Assembly (NCBI GenBank): GCA_963708135.1
Contig: OY970192.1
Span: 5,248,001-5,312,000 of the forward strand
DNA: 64,000 nt
Source: an uncultured Gemmatimonadales bacterium
GTDB lineage: Bacteria > Gemmatimonadota > Gemmatimonadetes > Longimicrobiales > RSA9
Direction of reading: 5' to 3'
The notes beneath the pieces are model-generated. The model made no database searches. It saw only the letters and a list, made by a program, of their open reading frames with translations, and had not been told where the DNA came from. Positions 9,798-19,140 of the stretch are shown piece by piece. The translations under genes and the position numbers were made by a program. The number at the start of each line of letters is the position of its first letter. Within the stretch, counting starts at the first letter, position 1.

Positions 9798-11162
9798 TCA
9801 GGCGTCGTCGCCTTCCAGGCCGTATTCGCGCATCTTGCGCCAGAGGGTCGTGCGGCTCATGCCCAGGATCTCGGCGGCGCGGGTGCGCACGCCCCGCGCC
9901 TCCTCGAGGGCCGCCACGATCATTGAACGCTCGTGCCCGCCGGGCGCCGGACCCCGGTAGCGCGTCTCCGGCTCCGGCTCGCCCTCGGCCCCCGGGCGCC
10001 GGGCGGACCGCACCTCGGGCGAGAGGTGGTGCGTCTCGATGCGCCGGCCGTCGCTCCGGATGGCGGCGCTCTCCACCACGGAGAGCAGCTCGCGCACGTT
10101 GCCCGGCCAGCCGTAGGCGCGCAGCAGCCGGAGCGCATACGGCGAGCACGCCGTGGGCGCCTCCGGCAGGCGCTCGCCCAGCCGGCGCAGCGCGGCCTCG
10201 ACGAGCAGCGGGATGTCGCCGGGCCGCTCGCGCAGGGGAGGCAGCCGGATGGAGAAGACGTTCAGCCGGTAGAAGAGGTCGGCGCGGAAGCGGCCGGCCG
10301 CGCTCTGCTCGCGCAGATTGCGGTTGCTGGCGGCGACGATGCGCGCGTCCACCTTCTGAGCGCGGACCGCGCCCACCGGCGTCACCTCGCCCTCCTGGAG
10401 CGCCCGCAGCAGCCGCTGCTGGAGCCGCAGGCTCATATCGCCGACCTCGTCGAGGAAGAGCGTGCCGCCATGCGCCGCCGCGAACAGCCCCTGCTTGTCG
10501 CCCACCGCGCCCGTGAAGGCGCCGCGCACGTGGCCGAACAGCTCGGACTCGAGCAGCCCCTCGGCCAGCGCGGCGCAGTTCACCGGCACGAACGGGCCGC
10601 TCCGGCGCGGTGAGAGCGCGTGGATCGCCCGCGCCACGAGCTCCTTGCCAGTCCCCGTCTCGCCCTCGATCAGCACGGTGGTGTCCACCGGCGCGACCTT
10701 GCGAATGGCGTCGAAGACGCGGCGCATCGGCTGGGCGTAGCCCACCATCCCCGGGATCTCCCCCGCCTCGACCCGATCCGCCGCCGGGCGCCGCTCGAGG
10801 AGCTCCGCCACGCGCGCCGAGAGCAGGTCGGGGTCGACGGGCTTGGTCAGGAAGTCGTCCGCCCCCAGATGCAGCGACTGCACGGCGGAGTCGATCGTGC
10901 CGTAGCCCGAGATCATCAGCACCGGCACGTCCTCGCCGCGGCGCCGCAGCACCTCGACGAAGCCGATCCCGTCCAGTCCCGGCATGCGCAGGTCCAGCAG
11001 CACGGCGTCATAGGCGCCGCGCTGCATCGCCTCCGCGGCCTCCTTCACGTTTGCGGCATCATCCACCCGATAGCCGTCCTGCCGCAGCAGCTCCGCCGTC
11101 GAGACGCGGAACGCGCGGTCGTCATCGACCACCAGAATGCGATGTGGGGACGTCGTGCTCAC
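9798..11162 (-). CDS. sigma54-dependent response regulator (NtrC/AtoC family)
   Basis: Receiver ILVVDDD, GETGTGKE, ESELFGHVRGAFTGA, FRADLFYRLNV, WPGNVREL, Fis-type HTH. Confidence 0.95.
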   Translation of the reverse strand: MSTTSPHRILVVDDDRAFRVSTAELLRQDGYRVDDAANVKEAAEAMQRGAYDAVLLDLRMPGLDGIGFVEVLRRRGEDVPVLMISGYGTIDSAVQSLHLGADDFLTKPVDPDLLSARVAELLERRPAADRVEAGEIPGMVGYAQPMRRVFDAIRKVAPVDTTVLIEGETGTGKELVARAIHALSPRRSGPFVPVNCAALAEGLLESELFGHVRGAFTGAVGDKQGLFAAAHGGTLFLDEVGDMSLRLQQRLLRALQEGEVTPVGAVRAQKVDARIVAASNRNLREQSAAGRFRADLFYRLNVFSIRLPPLRERPGDIPLLVEAALRRLGERLPEAPTACSPYALRLLRAYGWPGNVRELLSVVESAAIRSDGRRIETHHLSPEVRSARRPGAEGEPEPETRYRGPAPGGHERSMIVAALEEARGVRTRAAEILGMSRTTLWRKMREYGLEGDDA

Positions 11163-13000
11163 GCGCCCTCCTCCTTCTTCGCGCCGCCGCCGCGCCGGCC
11201 CCGCGGCCGTGCCTCGCCGGGGGGCGGCGGCGCCTCGCCGGTCGGCTGGCGTTGCTCCGCGGAGGTGGCCGTCGGCAGCTCGATCGTGAAGCGGGCGCCG
11301 GCGCCGTCCTCCCGGTTGGCCGCCGCGAGCCGGCCGCCGCTCCGGCGCACCAGCCCCTCGGCGATGAACAGGCCGAGCCCCACCCCCTGCGCCCGGTCCT
11401 TCGTGCTGAAGAACGGATCGAAGACCCGCGGCAGGACGGCCGCATCGATCCCGGGGCCCTCGTCCATCACGTCAATCCGCACGAACCCGGCGCCCACGGG
11501 GGCCACCACCACCTGCACTGCGCCGCCGTCCGGCATCGCCTCGCGGGCGTTCTGCACGAGGCTGAGCAGCACCTGCTTGAGCACGTCCGGCGCCATGCTC
11601 ACCGTGCAGGCCCGGCGCACCCGCGTCGTGGTCGGCCAGCGGCTTCCCTGCTCGCCTGCCGAGAGCAGCGCCGCCACCCGCTCCACGACGTCCGCCGCGT
11701 CGCAGCGCGCGGCCCCGGGGTCGATCGGCCGGTTCAGGTCCAGCATCTGCTCGGCGAGCTCGTGCATCCGCAGCAGCTCGTCGATGGCCAGGTCCGCGAA
11801 CCGCCGCAGCTCCGGCCGCTCTGCGCTGCCGCGGTGGATCACCTCCAGGCAGTTGCGCACGTTCGCCACCGGGTTGCGGATCTCGTGCGCCAGCTCCGCC
11901 AGCAGCCGCCCCGCCGCCGCCAGCCGGTCCCGCTGGATCATCTCCGACTGGAGCGCCCGCAGGCGACGCTCCCGCTGCTCGAGCTCCGCGTTCGCGTGCT
12001 CCAGCTCCGCCAGCCGCGCCGCCAGCGCCCCGCGCATCCGCTCGAACGCCCGCGCTACCCGCGCCACCTCCGGCAGCCGCGTCCGCGGCAGTGGCGCGTC
12101 GAAGTCGCCCTGCGCCATCCGGTCCGCCGCCTCCGCCAGGCTGCCCACCGGCCGCACCAGCGCCGTGGCCATGAGCGCGCCGAGCAGCAGCGCCAGCACC
12201 AGCCCGAGGCCGCCCGCCACGGCCGCTCCGCGCCGCAGCCGCGGCAGCACCGCCAGCTCCCGCCCCGCGTCCACCGCGAACACCGCCCGCGCCACCCCGC
12301 CGAGCGGCGCCGAGATCAGCCAGTAGCGCCCGCCCGCCACCGCCGCCTCCCGCACCCCCCCTCCCACCCCCGGCCCGGCCGCCGCGGCCAGCGCGCGCGC
12401 CACCGTGTCGGCCAGCGTCGACGCGATGACCCGGCCGTCCCGCCCCACCAGCGAGACCTCCGACGCCGTGAGCCCCGCCAGCGTGGCCGCCATCACCTGG
12501 TCCATCGGCGCCGATACCCCCGCCGCGCCCACCAGCACGCCGTCGTCCATCACCGGCGCGAACGACGCCACGTACAGCGCCCCGGTCGAGTCCGTGAGGA
12601 ACGCCACCGGCATGTGCCCCGCCTCGATGCCTGCCCACATGGCCGGGTCCGGCGCCGGCCCCAGCAGCGCCCGGCCGACACGGTCCGCCAGCGCGGGCAG
12701 CTCCCCGCTCGCCCGGCTCGCCGCCTCCACCACCGCGCGCGCACGGGCCAGGTCCCCATCTGCCAGGGCCCGCACGAGCCCCGGCAGCCGCGCCGCCTCC
12801 TGCGCGTGCATCATGAGTGCGTCCGCCCGCGCGCTGTCCCGGTCCGCCAGCCGCATCGGCGCCAGCGCCAGGTCCTCGCGCGCCCGCGCCTCCAGCTCGT
12901 GCCGGATCGCCCGGTCCAGCCACCACGCCGCCGGCAGCAGCGAGGCGAGGAGCACGGCCGCGAGACCGAGCACCAGACTGCGTCGCAGGGACAGGTTCAT
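11159..13000 (-). CDS. HAMP-domain membrane sensor histidine kinase
   Basis: Two TM segments, HAMP, H-box ELAHEIRNP, DEGPGI, FDPFFSTK, GLGL; overlaps the regulator start. Confidence 0.9.
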   Translation of the reverse strand: MNLSLRRSLVLGLAAVLLASLLPAAWWLDRAIRHELEARAREDLALAPMRLADRDSARADALMMHAQEAARLPGLVRALADGDLARARAVVEAASRASGELPALADRVGRALLGPAPDPAMWAGIEAGHMPVAFLTDSTGALYVASFAPVMDDGVLVGAAGVSAPMDQVMAATLAGLTASEVSLVGRDGRVIASTLADTVARALAAAAGPGVGGGVREAAVAGGRYWLISAPLGGVARAVFAVDAGRELAVLPRLRRGAAVAGGLGLVLALLLGALMATALVRPVGSLAEAADRMAQGDFDAPLPRTRLPEVARVARAFERMRGALAARLAELEHANAELEQRERRLRALQSEMIQRDRLAAAGRLLAELAHEIRNPVANVRNCLEVIHRGSAERPELRRFADLAIDELLRMHELAEQMLDLNRPIDPGAARCDAADVVERVAALLSAGEQGSRWPTTTRVRRACTVSMAPDVLKQVLLSLVQNAREAMPDGGAVQVVVAPVGAGFVRIDVMDEGPGIDAAVLPRVFDPFFSTKDRAQGVGLGLFIAEGLVRRSGGRLAAANREDGAGARFTIELPTATSAEQRQPTGEAPPPPGEARPRGRRGGGAKKEEGA

Positions 13001-13060
13001 TCGGGGTTCCGCCCGCGTCCGTGGGCCTTCGGGGAGATCGTCCGCCACCGCCGGTTGCCG

Positions 13061-13076
13061 TGCAAGGAGCCCGCCC
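13061..13076 (-). promoter_or_regulatory. Putative sigma54 -24/-12 promoter
   Basis: GGGCGGGCTCCTTGCA (GG-N10-GC with TTGCA) about 60 bp upstream of the kinase start. Confidence 0.55.
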
Positions 13077-13206
13077 GCCCGCGGCCACCGGTCGCCGGGA
13101 CCGGGCGGCCACCCGCCTGGAGCGGCCAACTCACGGCGGGACACCGAGTTGCGTCGACGACAGGCGTGCCCGAGGCGACTCGGCGGACATGGGACGGCGC
13201 CGGCGC

Positions 13207-13224
13207 GGCGTTTCATGAAACGCC
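13207..13224. promoter_or_regulatory. Perfect 18-bp palindrome, candidate enhancer (UAS)
   Basis: GGCGTTTCATGAAACGCC about 130 bp upstream of the sigma54 site. Confidence 0.55.
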
Positions 13225-13278
13225 AGGGTGTCGCGCGGCGGCGTCGCGGCGGACGGTCGCGGCGGCGTCGCTCCGCGC

Positions 13279-14475
13279 TCAGCCCGCCATCTGCTGGAAC
13301 CCCGCCGCGCCGCGCGCCGCTCCCGGGCCCGGCGTGGCTCCGGCGCCCGCGGCCGCCCGGGCCTCGGCGCCGGCGCGTCGGCGGGCGGCGGCACGGGCGG
13401 CGACGGCGCGGGCGACCCGGTCCGCGTCGCGGCCTACGCCGTGGATCTGCGCGGAGGAGAGGGCGTGCAGGAAGTGCAGGCCCACGAAGTAGAGGCCCGG
13501 CGAAGCGCGCACCACCCCGCTCTCCTGGTCGGGGTCGACGCCGTCGAACACAGGCAGGTCGATCCAGTCGAAGCCGGGGTCGAAGCCGGTGCACCAGACC
13601 ACGTTCGCCACGTCCAGTGTGCGCCCATCCTCGAGCAGTGGCAGCCCGTCTCGGACGCCGGTGGTGCGCGGCGCCCGCCGCACGCCGGCCCGCTCGAGGT
13701 CGACTCGCTTGACGCGGATGAGCGGACCACCGATGTGCAGCACCTTCGGCCGGACCCGCCGGCCGATCGGCGTGCGCACCGTCAGCACCCGGTGGAAGAT
13801 GCCGCGCAGCACGAGCCGAACGAGCAGTCGAGTGCCGAGGAAGCTCTCGACGCGGAAGGGGATCTGCCCCACGTCCCGCCCCGACATCCAGACCTCGTGC
13901 CGCGGCGCGAGCTCCCTGGCGATCTCGGAGCCCGAGTTGCCGGCGCCCACGATCAGGACCGGCCCGGCGCGCAGCTGGCCGGGGTTGCGGTAGTCGAATG
14001 AGTGGATCTGCACGATCGAGGGGTCGAGCTCGCGCGCAAACGCCGGCACCTTCGGCCGCTGGTAGCCCGCCATGGCCACCACCACGTTGTCCGCCTCGAT
14101 GCGGCGCTCACCCGCCTCCACGAGGTAGCGGCCTTCGTGGCGCGTCAGCCGATCGACCCGCACGCCCGTCCGCACGGGCAGACGGAACCGGGCGGCGTAG
14201 GCCTCCAGGTAGTCCGCCATCTCGTCCTTCGTGGGGAAGCTGTGCGGCGGGGCGGGGAAGGGCATCCCGTCGAGGCTGCTGTGATCCGCCGGCGTGAACA
14301 GTCGCAGCGAGTCCCAGCGCTCGCGCCACACGTCGCCTACGCGCTCCCTCGCCTCCAGGATGACGAACGGCCGGAGCCCTCGGCGGGCCAGGTGGTAGCC
14401 CACGGACAGCCCCGCCTGCCCGCCGCCGATCACCACCGTGTCGAGCCGCTCGACCGCCTGCGCATCGCTCGTCAT
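13279..14475 (-). CDS. Flavin-containing monooxygenase-like NAD(P)/FAD oxidoreductase (CzcO-like)
   Basis: GGGQAG, WDSLRLFTP, IHSFDYRNP, GAGNSG, VVWCTGF. Confidence 0.9.
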   Translation of the reverse strand: MTSDAQAVERLDTVVIGGGQAGLSVGYHLARRGLRPFVILEARERVGDVWRERWDSLRLFTPADHSSLDGMPFPAPPHSFPTKDEMADYLEAYAARFRLPVRTGVRVDRLTRHEGRYLVEAGERRIEADNVVVAMAGYQRPKVPAFARELDPSIVQIHSFDYRNPGQLRAGPVLIVGAGNSGSEIARELAPRHEVWMSGRDVGQIPFRVESFLGTRLLVRLVLRGIFHRVLTVRTPIGRRVRPKVLHIGGPLIRVKRVDLERAGVRRAPRTTGVRDGLPLLEDGRTLDVANVVWCTGFDPGFDWIDLPVFDGVDPDQESGVVRASPGLYFVGLHFLHALSSAQIHGVGRDADRVARAVAARAAARRRAGAEARAAAGAGATPGPGAARGAAGFQQMAG

Positions 14476-14652
14476 CGTACCTCCTCCCGGGGTCGCGCCC
14501 GGCACCGCGGCGCCCGCGCGCCTCCCGGCAGGCGGCGGGCTCACGTTCATGGGATGCTCCGGGATCCGATCATCACCTCCACGCTAACGCGCCCGCGCCG
14601 CCGCCGCTTCGGGGGAATCGACCAGATGTCCGCGCCCGGGTCCTGCACGATT

Positions 14653-16323
14653 CTATGCAGGCGGGCGCACCAGCCCGTGCTCGTAGGCATAGGCGGTCGC
14701 CGCCGCGCGCGTGGAGAGGCCGAGCTTCAGGAAGATGTTGGCCACGTGCCGGGCCACGGTCTTCTCGCTGATGGAGAGTGTGGCCGCGATGGCGCGGTTC
14801 GTCCGCCCGGTGGCCAGCTGCGCCAGCACCTCGCGCTCGCGCGGCGTGAGGCCGTGCGGGCCGCGCGCCCTGCCGCGGCCGCGCGTCGCGGCGCGGCTGA
14901 GCAGCGCCTTCGCGCGGGCGAGGTCGGGCGCCGCGCCCAGCCGTTCGAACGCCGCGCGCGCAGCCTCCAGCTCGAGTGCGGCACCTTCCTCATCGCCGAG
15001 CGCCCGGCAGGCCTGGCCCAGGAGCAGGCGGGCGCGCGCCGCCTCGTACGGTGCATCGAGTGCCTGCCACGCACGCCACGCCTCGCGCAGCGGCGCCAGC
15101 GCCTCGTCCGGCGTGTCCGCCGCCAGTGCAATGGCGCCACGCGCCTGGGCGACCAGGGTCTCGAGTACGCCCGGCGCGCAGCACCCCGCCGCCTCCGCCA
15201 ACTCGACCGCGGCGGTGCGGGCCTCCTCGATCTCGCCCGACTGCAGCATGATCTCAATGTGCGCCGGCAGCAGCCGGGCGCGGCGCCGGCGGTCCGGGGT
15301 CTCCGCGAGCGCGCGCCGGCTCGCGGCCGCGGCGGCCGCCACGTCGCCCTGCGCTAGCCGCAGCAGCGCGAGCCCCGGCTGAGGCTCGTAGCCCGTCTGG
15401 CTGGCACCGCGGTAGGCGGTCTCGGCGGCCGCCTGCTCGCCCCGCAGCCGGTGCACCTCGCCCTCGAGGTAGAGCGCGTGGCCCGCTACCTTGGGATGCG
15501 ACGCCGCGGACGGTCGTCCGGCCGCACGCCTCGCTTCATCGATGGCGCCGGGCCACTCGCCGCGGAGCGTGAGGATCTCGGCGCGGTAGACCCGGCATTC
15601 GTCCGTGTAGGCGACCATGTCGGGCTGCCGCGAGCACCACTCCGTCAGCGCCGCGGTCCACTCGTGTGCCCGGCCGAGCGCCCACACCTCCCAGCAGGCG
15701 CTGATCACGCTGCAGTAGACGAGCCCCGTGACCTGAGGCAGCAGCTCGTCTGCGGTCACGCCGATCATGGCCTCGTCGAGCAGCGCCAGTCCCTCCGCCA
15801 CTCGGCCCTGGCGCAGCCGCGCCCGGCCGTGGAGGTGCAGTGCCAGCGCGAGCAGGTCGCCGTCGCCGTGACGCTGGGCGATCCGTGCCGCGGCCGCCGC
15901 CGTGCGGCAGGCGTCGTCGTTCTGGCCCGTCATGAGCTGCTGGTAGCCTTCGGGCAACAGCACGTAGCCGTGCTCCACGCCCTCGCCCGGCGTCCCCTCG
16001 AGGAGCCTCGCCGCCCGGCTGAACCAGCCGGACGCCTGCGCCATGTCGCCACGCGTCGCCAGGTGCAGCCCCAGCCAGAAGGCGGGGCGCACCGCGGCCG
16101 CCGGCTCGCCGGCCGCCAGGTGGGCGCGGTGGAGCTCCTGCATGGCGGAGAGGAAGTCGTCTTCTTCGCCCATGAGGTAGGAGGCCACGGCCAGCCGCCG
16201 GAGATCGGACGGCTCGAGCGGCGCGCGCTCGCGGGCGGCCGCAAGCAGCTCGCGCGCCGCGCGCCACGAGCGCTGGTCGAAGGCCGCGCGGGCCCGCTCG
16301 AGGGAGGATCTCGTCGTGCTCAC
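14653..16323 (-). CDS. LuxR family transcriptional regulator with TPR-like N-terminal region
   Basis: C-terminal LTPREREVL..GRTNRAIA..LSISEKTVARHVANIFLKLG. Confidence 0.9.
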   Translation of the reverse strand: MSTTRSSLERARAAFDQRSWRAARELLAAARERAPLEPSDLRRLAVASYLMGEEDDFLSAMQELHRAHLAAGEPAAAVRPAFWLGLHLATRGDMAQASGWFSRAARLLEGTPGEGVEHGYVLLPEGYQQLMTGQNDDACRTAAAAARIAQRHGDGDLLALALHLHGRARLRQGRVAEGLALLDEAMIGVTADELLPQVTGLVYCSVISACWEVWALGRAHEWTAALTEWCSRQPDMVAYTDECRVYRAEILTLRGEWPGAIDEARRAAGRPSAASHPKVAGHALYLEGEVHRLRGEQAAAETAYRGASQTGYEPQPGLALLRLAQGDVAAAAAASRRALAETPDRRRRARLLPAHIEIMLQSGEIEEARTAAVELAEAAGCCAPGVLETLVAQARGAIALAADTPDEALAPLREAWRAWQALDAPYEAARARLLLGQACRALGDEEGAALELEAARAAFERLGAAPDLARAKALLSRAATRGRGRARGPHGLTPREREVLAQLATGRTNRAIAATLSISEKTVARHVANIFLKLGLSTRAAATAYAYEHGLVRPPA

Positions 16324-16356
16324 GGGAGACAGGTGGCCATGGCCTGCGGGTCCGGC

Positions 16357-17904
16357 CTACGGTCGCGCCCGCTCGGCGCCGAGCGTGGCATCGACCTCGC
16401 GGCCCAGGCGCACCACGATTCCGGGAATCGCGTCCACATCCGCCGGGCCCGTGTGGAAGTTCACGATGCAGGCGCGCAGCAGGTAGCGGCCGCGGACGAC
16501 GGCGTTGGAGACGAACGCCTCGCCCGAGTCCTGGATCCGCTGCAGCAGCGCCTGGTTGAGCTCGTTCAGGTAGGTCTCGACCTCTTCCGCGCCGAGGCGC
16601 GCCCGCAGGTCGGGCGGCACGTAGCGGAAGGTCGAGATGCTCAGCGCCAGTGTGGCCGGCTCCAGGTCCGGGTGCGCCGCGACCGCCGCGTGCAGCCGCG
16701 CGGCCAGCCGGATGTCGTCGCCGATCATGCGGATGTAGCCCTGCCGGCCCACCTGCCGCAGCGCGAGCCACACCTTGAGCGCCCGGAACCCCCTCGAGTT
16801 CTGCGGCCCGAGATCCACGTAGTTGGTGGCCTCCACGCCGAAATGGTAGTACGGCGGATGGTAGGAGAAGGCGGCGCGCAGCCGCTCCGGGTCGCGCACC
16901 AGCGTGCACCCCGCCTCGATCGGCGCATACAGCCACTTGTGCGGGTCCACCGCCACCGAGTCGGCCAGCCGGAGCACCTCGAGCCCCGGCGCGGCGCCCG
17001 GAACCGCCGCGGCCAGGCCGCCGTAGGCGCCGTCCACGTGGAACCAGATGCCCCGCTCCCGGCACAGCGCCGCGATCTCCTCGAGCGGGTCCACGGCTCC
17101 CGTGCTCACGGAGCCCGCCGTGCCGACCACCATCATCGGGCGGGCGCCGGCGTCCACGTCCCGCGCGACGGCGGCGCGCAACGCGCCCACGTCCATGCGC
17201 AGCTCGTCGTCCGTCGGGATCCAGCGGACCGCGTCCGTGCCCAGCCCGGCAAGGTCCGCCGCCTTCTGGATCCACGTGTGCGTCTCCGCCGAGGCGTAGA
17301 GCCGCAGCGGCGCGGCGCCCGGGGCGCTCACGCCCTCCGTCCGGACCCGCGTGTCCGCGGCCGCCCGCGCGGCGAACGCCGCCACGAGGTTGGCCATGTT
17401 GCCGCCGCTCACCAGCAGCCCGCCGCACGGCGTGCCATAGCCGATCAGCTCGGCGATCCAGCGCACCGTCTGCGCCTCGATCTCCGTCGCCATCGGCGAG
17501 AGCGTCCACGCGCCGACGTTGGCGTTCACCCCCGCGGCCAGCAGGTCTCCCAGCATCCCGATCGGCGCCGGGGAGGACGTGATGTAGCCGAAGAAGCGCG
17601 GATGCCCGTTGAACAGCGAATGGTCGAACAGCAGCTCCGCCGCCGCGACGAGCAGCCCCTCCGCATCGGCTCCCGTCTCCGGCAAGGGTGCCGCCTCCCC
17701 TCCCAGCAGCGCCCGCACCACGTCCGGGTGCTCCGCCGGCGTGACGGGCCGCCGCGGCACCGAGGCAAGCAGCTCCGCCAGCCGGTCCACCAGCGCGTGC
17801 CCTGCCCGCCGGAACGCCTCCGGCGACATCGCCAGCGGCGCCTCCCGCCCCGCCCCGCCATCCCCCACCCTCTCCTGCTCCGGCCGCTCGATCCCCATCT
17901 CCAT
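16357..17904 (-). CDS. Group II PLP-dependent amino acid decarboxylase
   Basis: HPRFFGYI, SGGNMAN, HVDGAYGG, ADSVAVDPHKWL (PLP lysine); start may be a few codons downstream. Confidence 0.9.
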   Translation of the reverse strand: MEMGIERPEQERVGDGGAGREAPLAMSPEAFRRAGHALVDRLAELLASVPRRPVTPAEHPDVVRALLGGEAAPLPETGADAEGLLVAAAELLFDHSLFNGHPRFFGYITSSPAPIGMLGDLLAAGVNANVGAWTLSPMATEIEAQTVRWIAELIGYGTPCGGLLVSGGNMANLVAAFAARAAADTRVRTEGVSAPGAAPLRLYASAETHTWIQKAADLAGLGTDAVRWIPTDDELRMDVGALRAAVARDVDAGARPMMVVGTAGSVSTGAVDPLEEIAALCRERGIWFHVDGAYGGLAAAVPGAAPGLEVLRLADSVAVDPHKWLYAPIEAGCTLVRDPERLRAAFSYHPPYYHFGVEATNYVDLGPQNSRGFRALKVWLALRQVGRQGYIRMIGDDIRLAARLHAAVAAHPDLEPATLALSISTFRYVPPDLRARLGAEEVETYLNELNQALLQRIQDSGEAFVSNAVVRGRYLLRACIVNFHTGPADVDAIPGIVVRLGREVDATLGAERARP

Positions 17905-17934
17905 CTACGCCCCCCCCTTTTTCGTGCCCGTGCC

Positions 17935-18033
17935 CTTTCCCTTCCCCTCACCCCCTCACCCTCACCCTCACCCTCACTCCCACCCTCTCCCCAACCCCAA
18001 TCCCCACCCTACCCTCACCCTCACCCTCACCCT
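17935..18033. repeat. Degenerate (ACCCTC)n tract overlapping the stop codon of the deacetylase
   Basis: Multiple ACCCTC / ACCCCA units. Confidence 0.8.
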
Positions 18034-18872
18034 CTAAGGCCGTCGAAGAGATCCGTCTCCGTCTCCCGCCCGCCGTTCACCGTGCTGAACACGCGGTAGA
18101 AGCTCTGCTCCCCCCAGAGCGCCTGGTGGTGCTCCTCCGTCAGCTCGCCCAGCCGCTGGTACATCGCCATCTGCGTCTCGTGGCACTGCACCGCCCGCCA
18201 CACCCGCTGCCACTGCGCGCGCGCGTCCACCCGCGTCGTGATGGACCATCCCGGCCACGGCGCCGCCTGCCGCTCCTCGCCGTCCACCCGGCTGACCAGC
18301 TTCTTGAACGCCTGCTGATAAGTCGCCCAGGGCTCCGCGCCCCACGCGATGTAGTAGAGCTTCGAGACCGCGTGGGGCGGGTGCGCCTCCAATGCCGCGG
18401 CGCCGCCGTCGCCATCGACCCCTGCCGCCCCGTCTTGGGGCGCCGCCGCCGCCACGATCGCGGCGGCCGCGAGCTGCGAGATGGCGATGTGGTCCGGGTG
18501 CCCGTAGGCGCCGAACGGGTCGAACGTCACCACCACCTGCGGCCGCAGCCGCCGGATGTGCGCCGCGATGCGCGGCACGATCTCCGCCGGATCCACCCGG
18601 TCGAGCGCGCCATCCATGTAGCCGAGCGGATGGACCTCGCGGACGCCCAGCACCCTCGCCGCGCGGCGCAGCTCCGCCTCGCGCACCCGCCCCACCTCCG
18701 CATCGTCCGGCCGGTCGCTGTTGTCGAAGAACCGGCCTCGCTGGCCCAGGGTGGCCGTCACCACAGAGGTTTCCACACCCTCCGCCGCGTAGCGTGCCAG
18801 GATCCCGCCGATCCCCAGCGACTCGTCGTCGGGATGGGCGAGGATCGCCATCAGGCGCAGAGGCGCGGTCAC
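18027..18872 (-). CDS. PIG-L/LmbE family N-acetyl deacetylase (MshB/BshB-like)
   Basis: AHPDDES, RELRRAA-type segment, YGHPDHI motifs; GTG start inferred. Confidence 0.9.
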   Translation of the reverse strand: MTAPLRLMAILAHPDDESLGIGGILARYAAEGVETSVVTATLGQRGRFFDNSDRPDDAEVGRVREAELRRAARVLGVREVHPLGYMDGALDRVDPAEIVPRIAAHIRRLRPQVVVTFDPFGAYGHPDHIAISQLAAAAIVAAAAPQDGAAGVDGDGGAAALEAHPPHAVSKLYYIAWGAEPWATYQQAFKKLVSRVDGEERQAAPWPGWSITTRVDARAQWQRVWRAVQCHETQMAMYQRLGELTEEHHQALWGEQSFYRVFSTVNGGRETETDLFDGLRG

Positions 18873-19140
18873 GCGACGGGCCTGCGCCGCAGCTCGCGCG
18901 AGACACCGCAAACCGTTCGCGGGGCTGCCGCCATTGAACCGCTCCATCTTGGGTGTTGGAAGGGAAGCCGCGTCGCTTCGAAAGGGGATCCACTGAAGGA
19001 TGCATAACCCGCCGCCGCGGAACAACACCGGGGGCGACCTTCGCGCTCCGACGGCCCGCCGCCTGCCAGCGCTCCGTTCCGCCTCCACTGCCCCTCCCCG
19101 CCCGAGGGGCGCCCGGCACGTGACCGAAGGCCGCGCCCGT

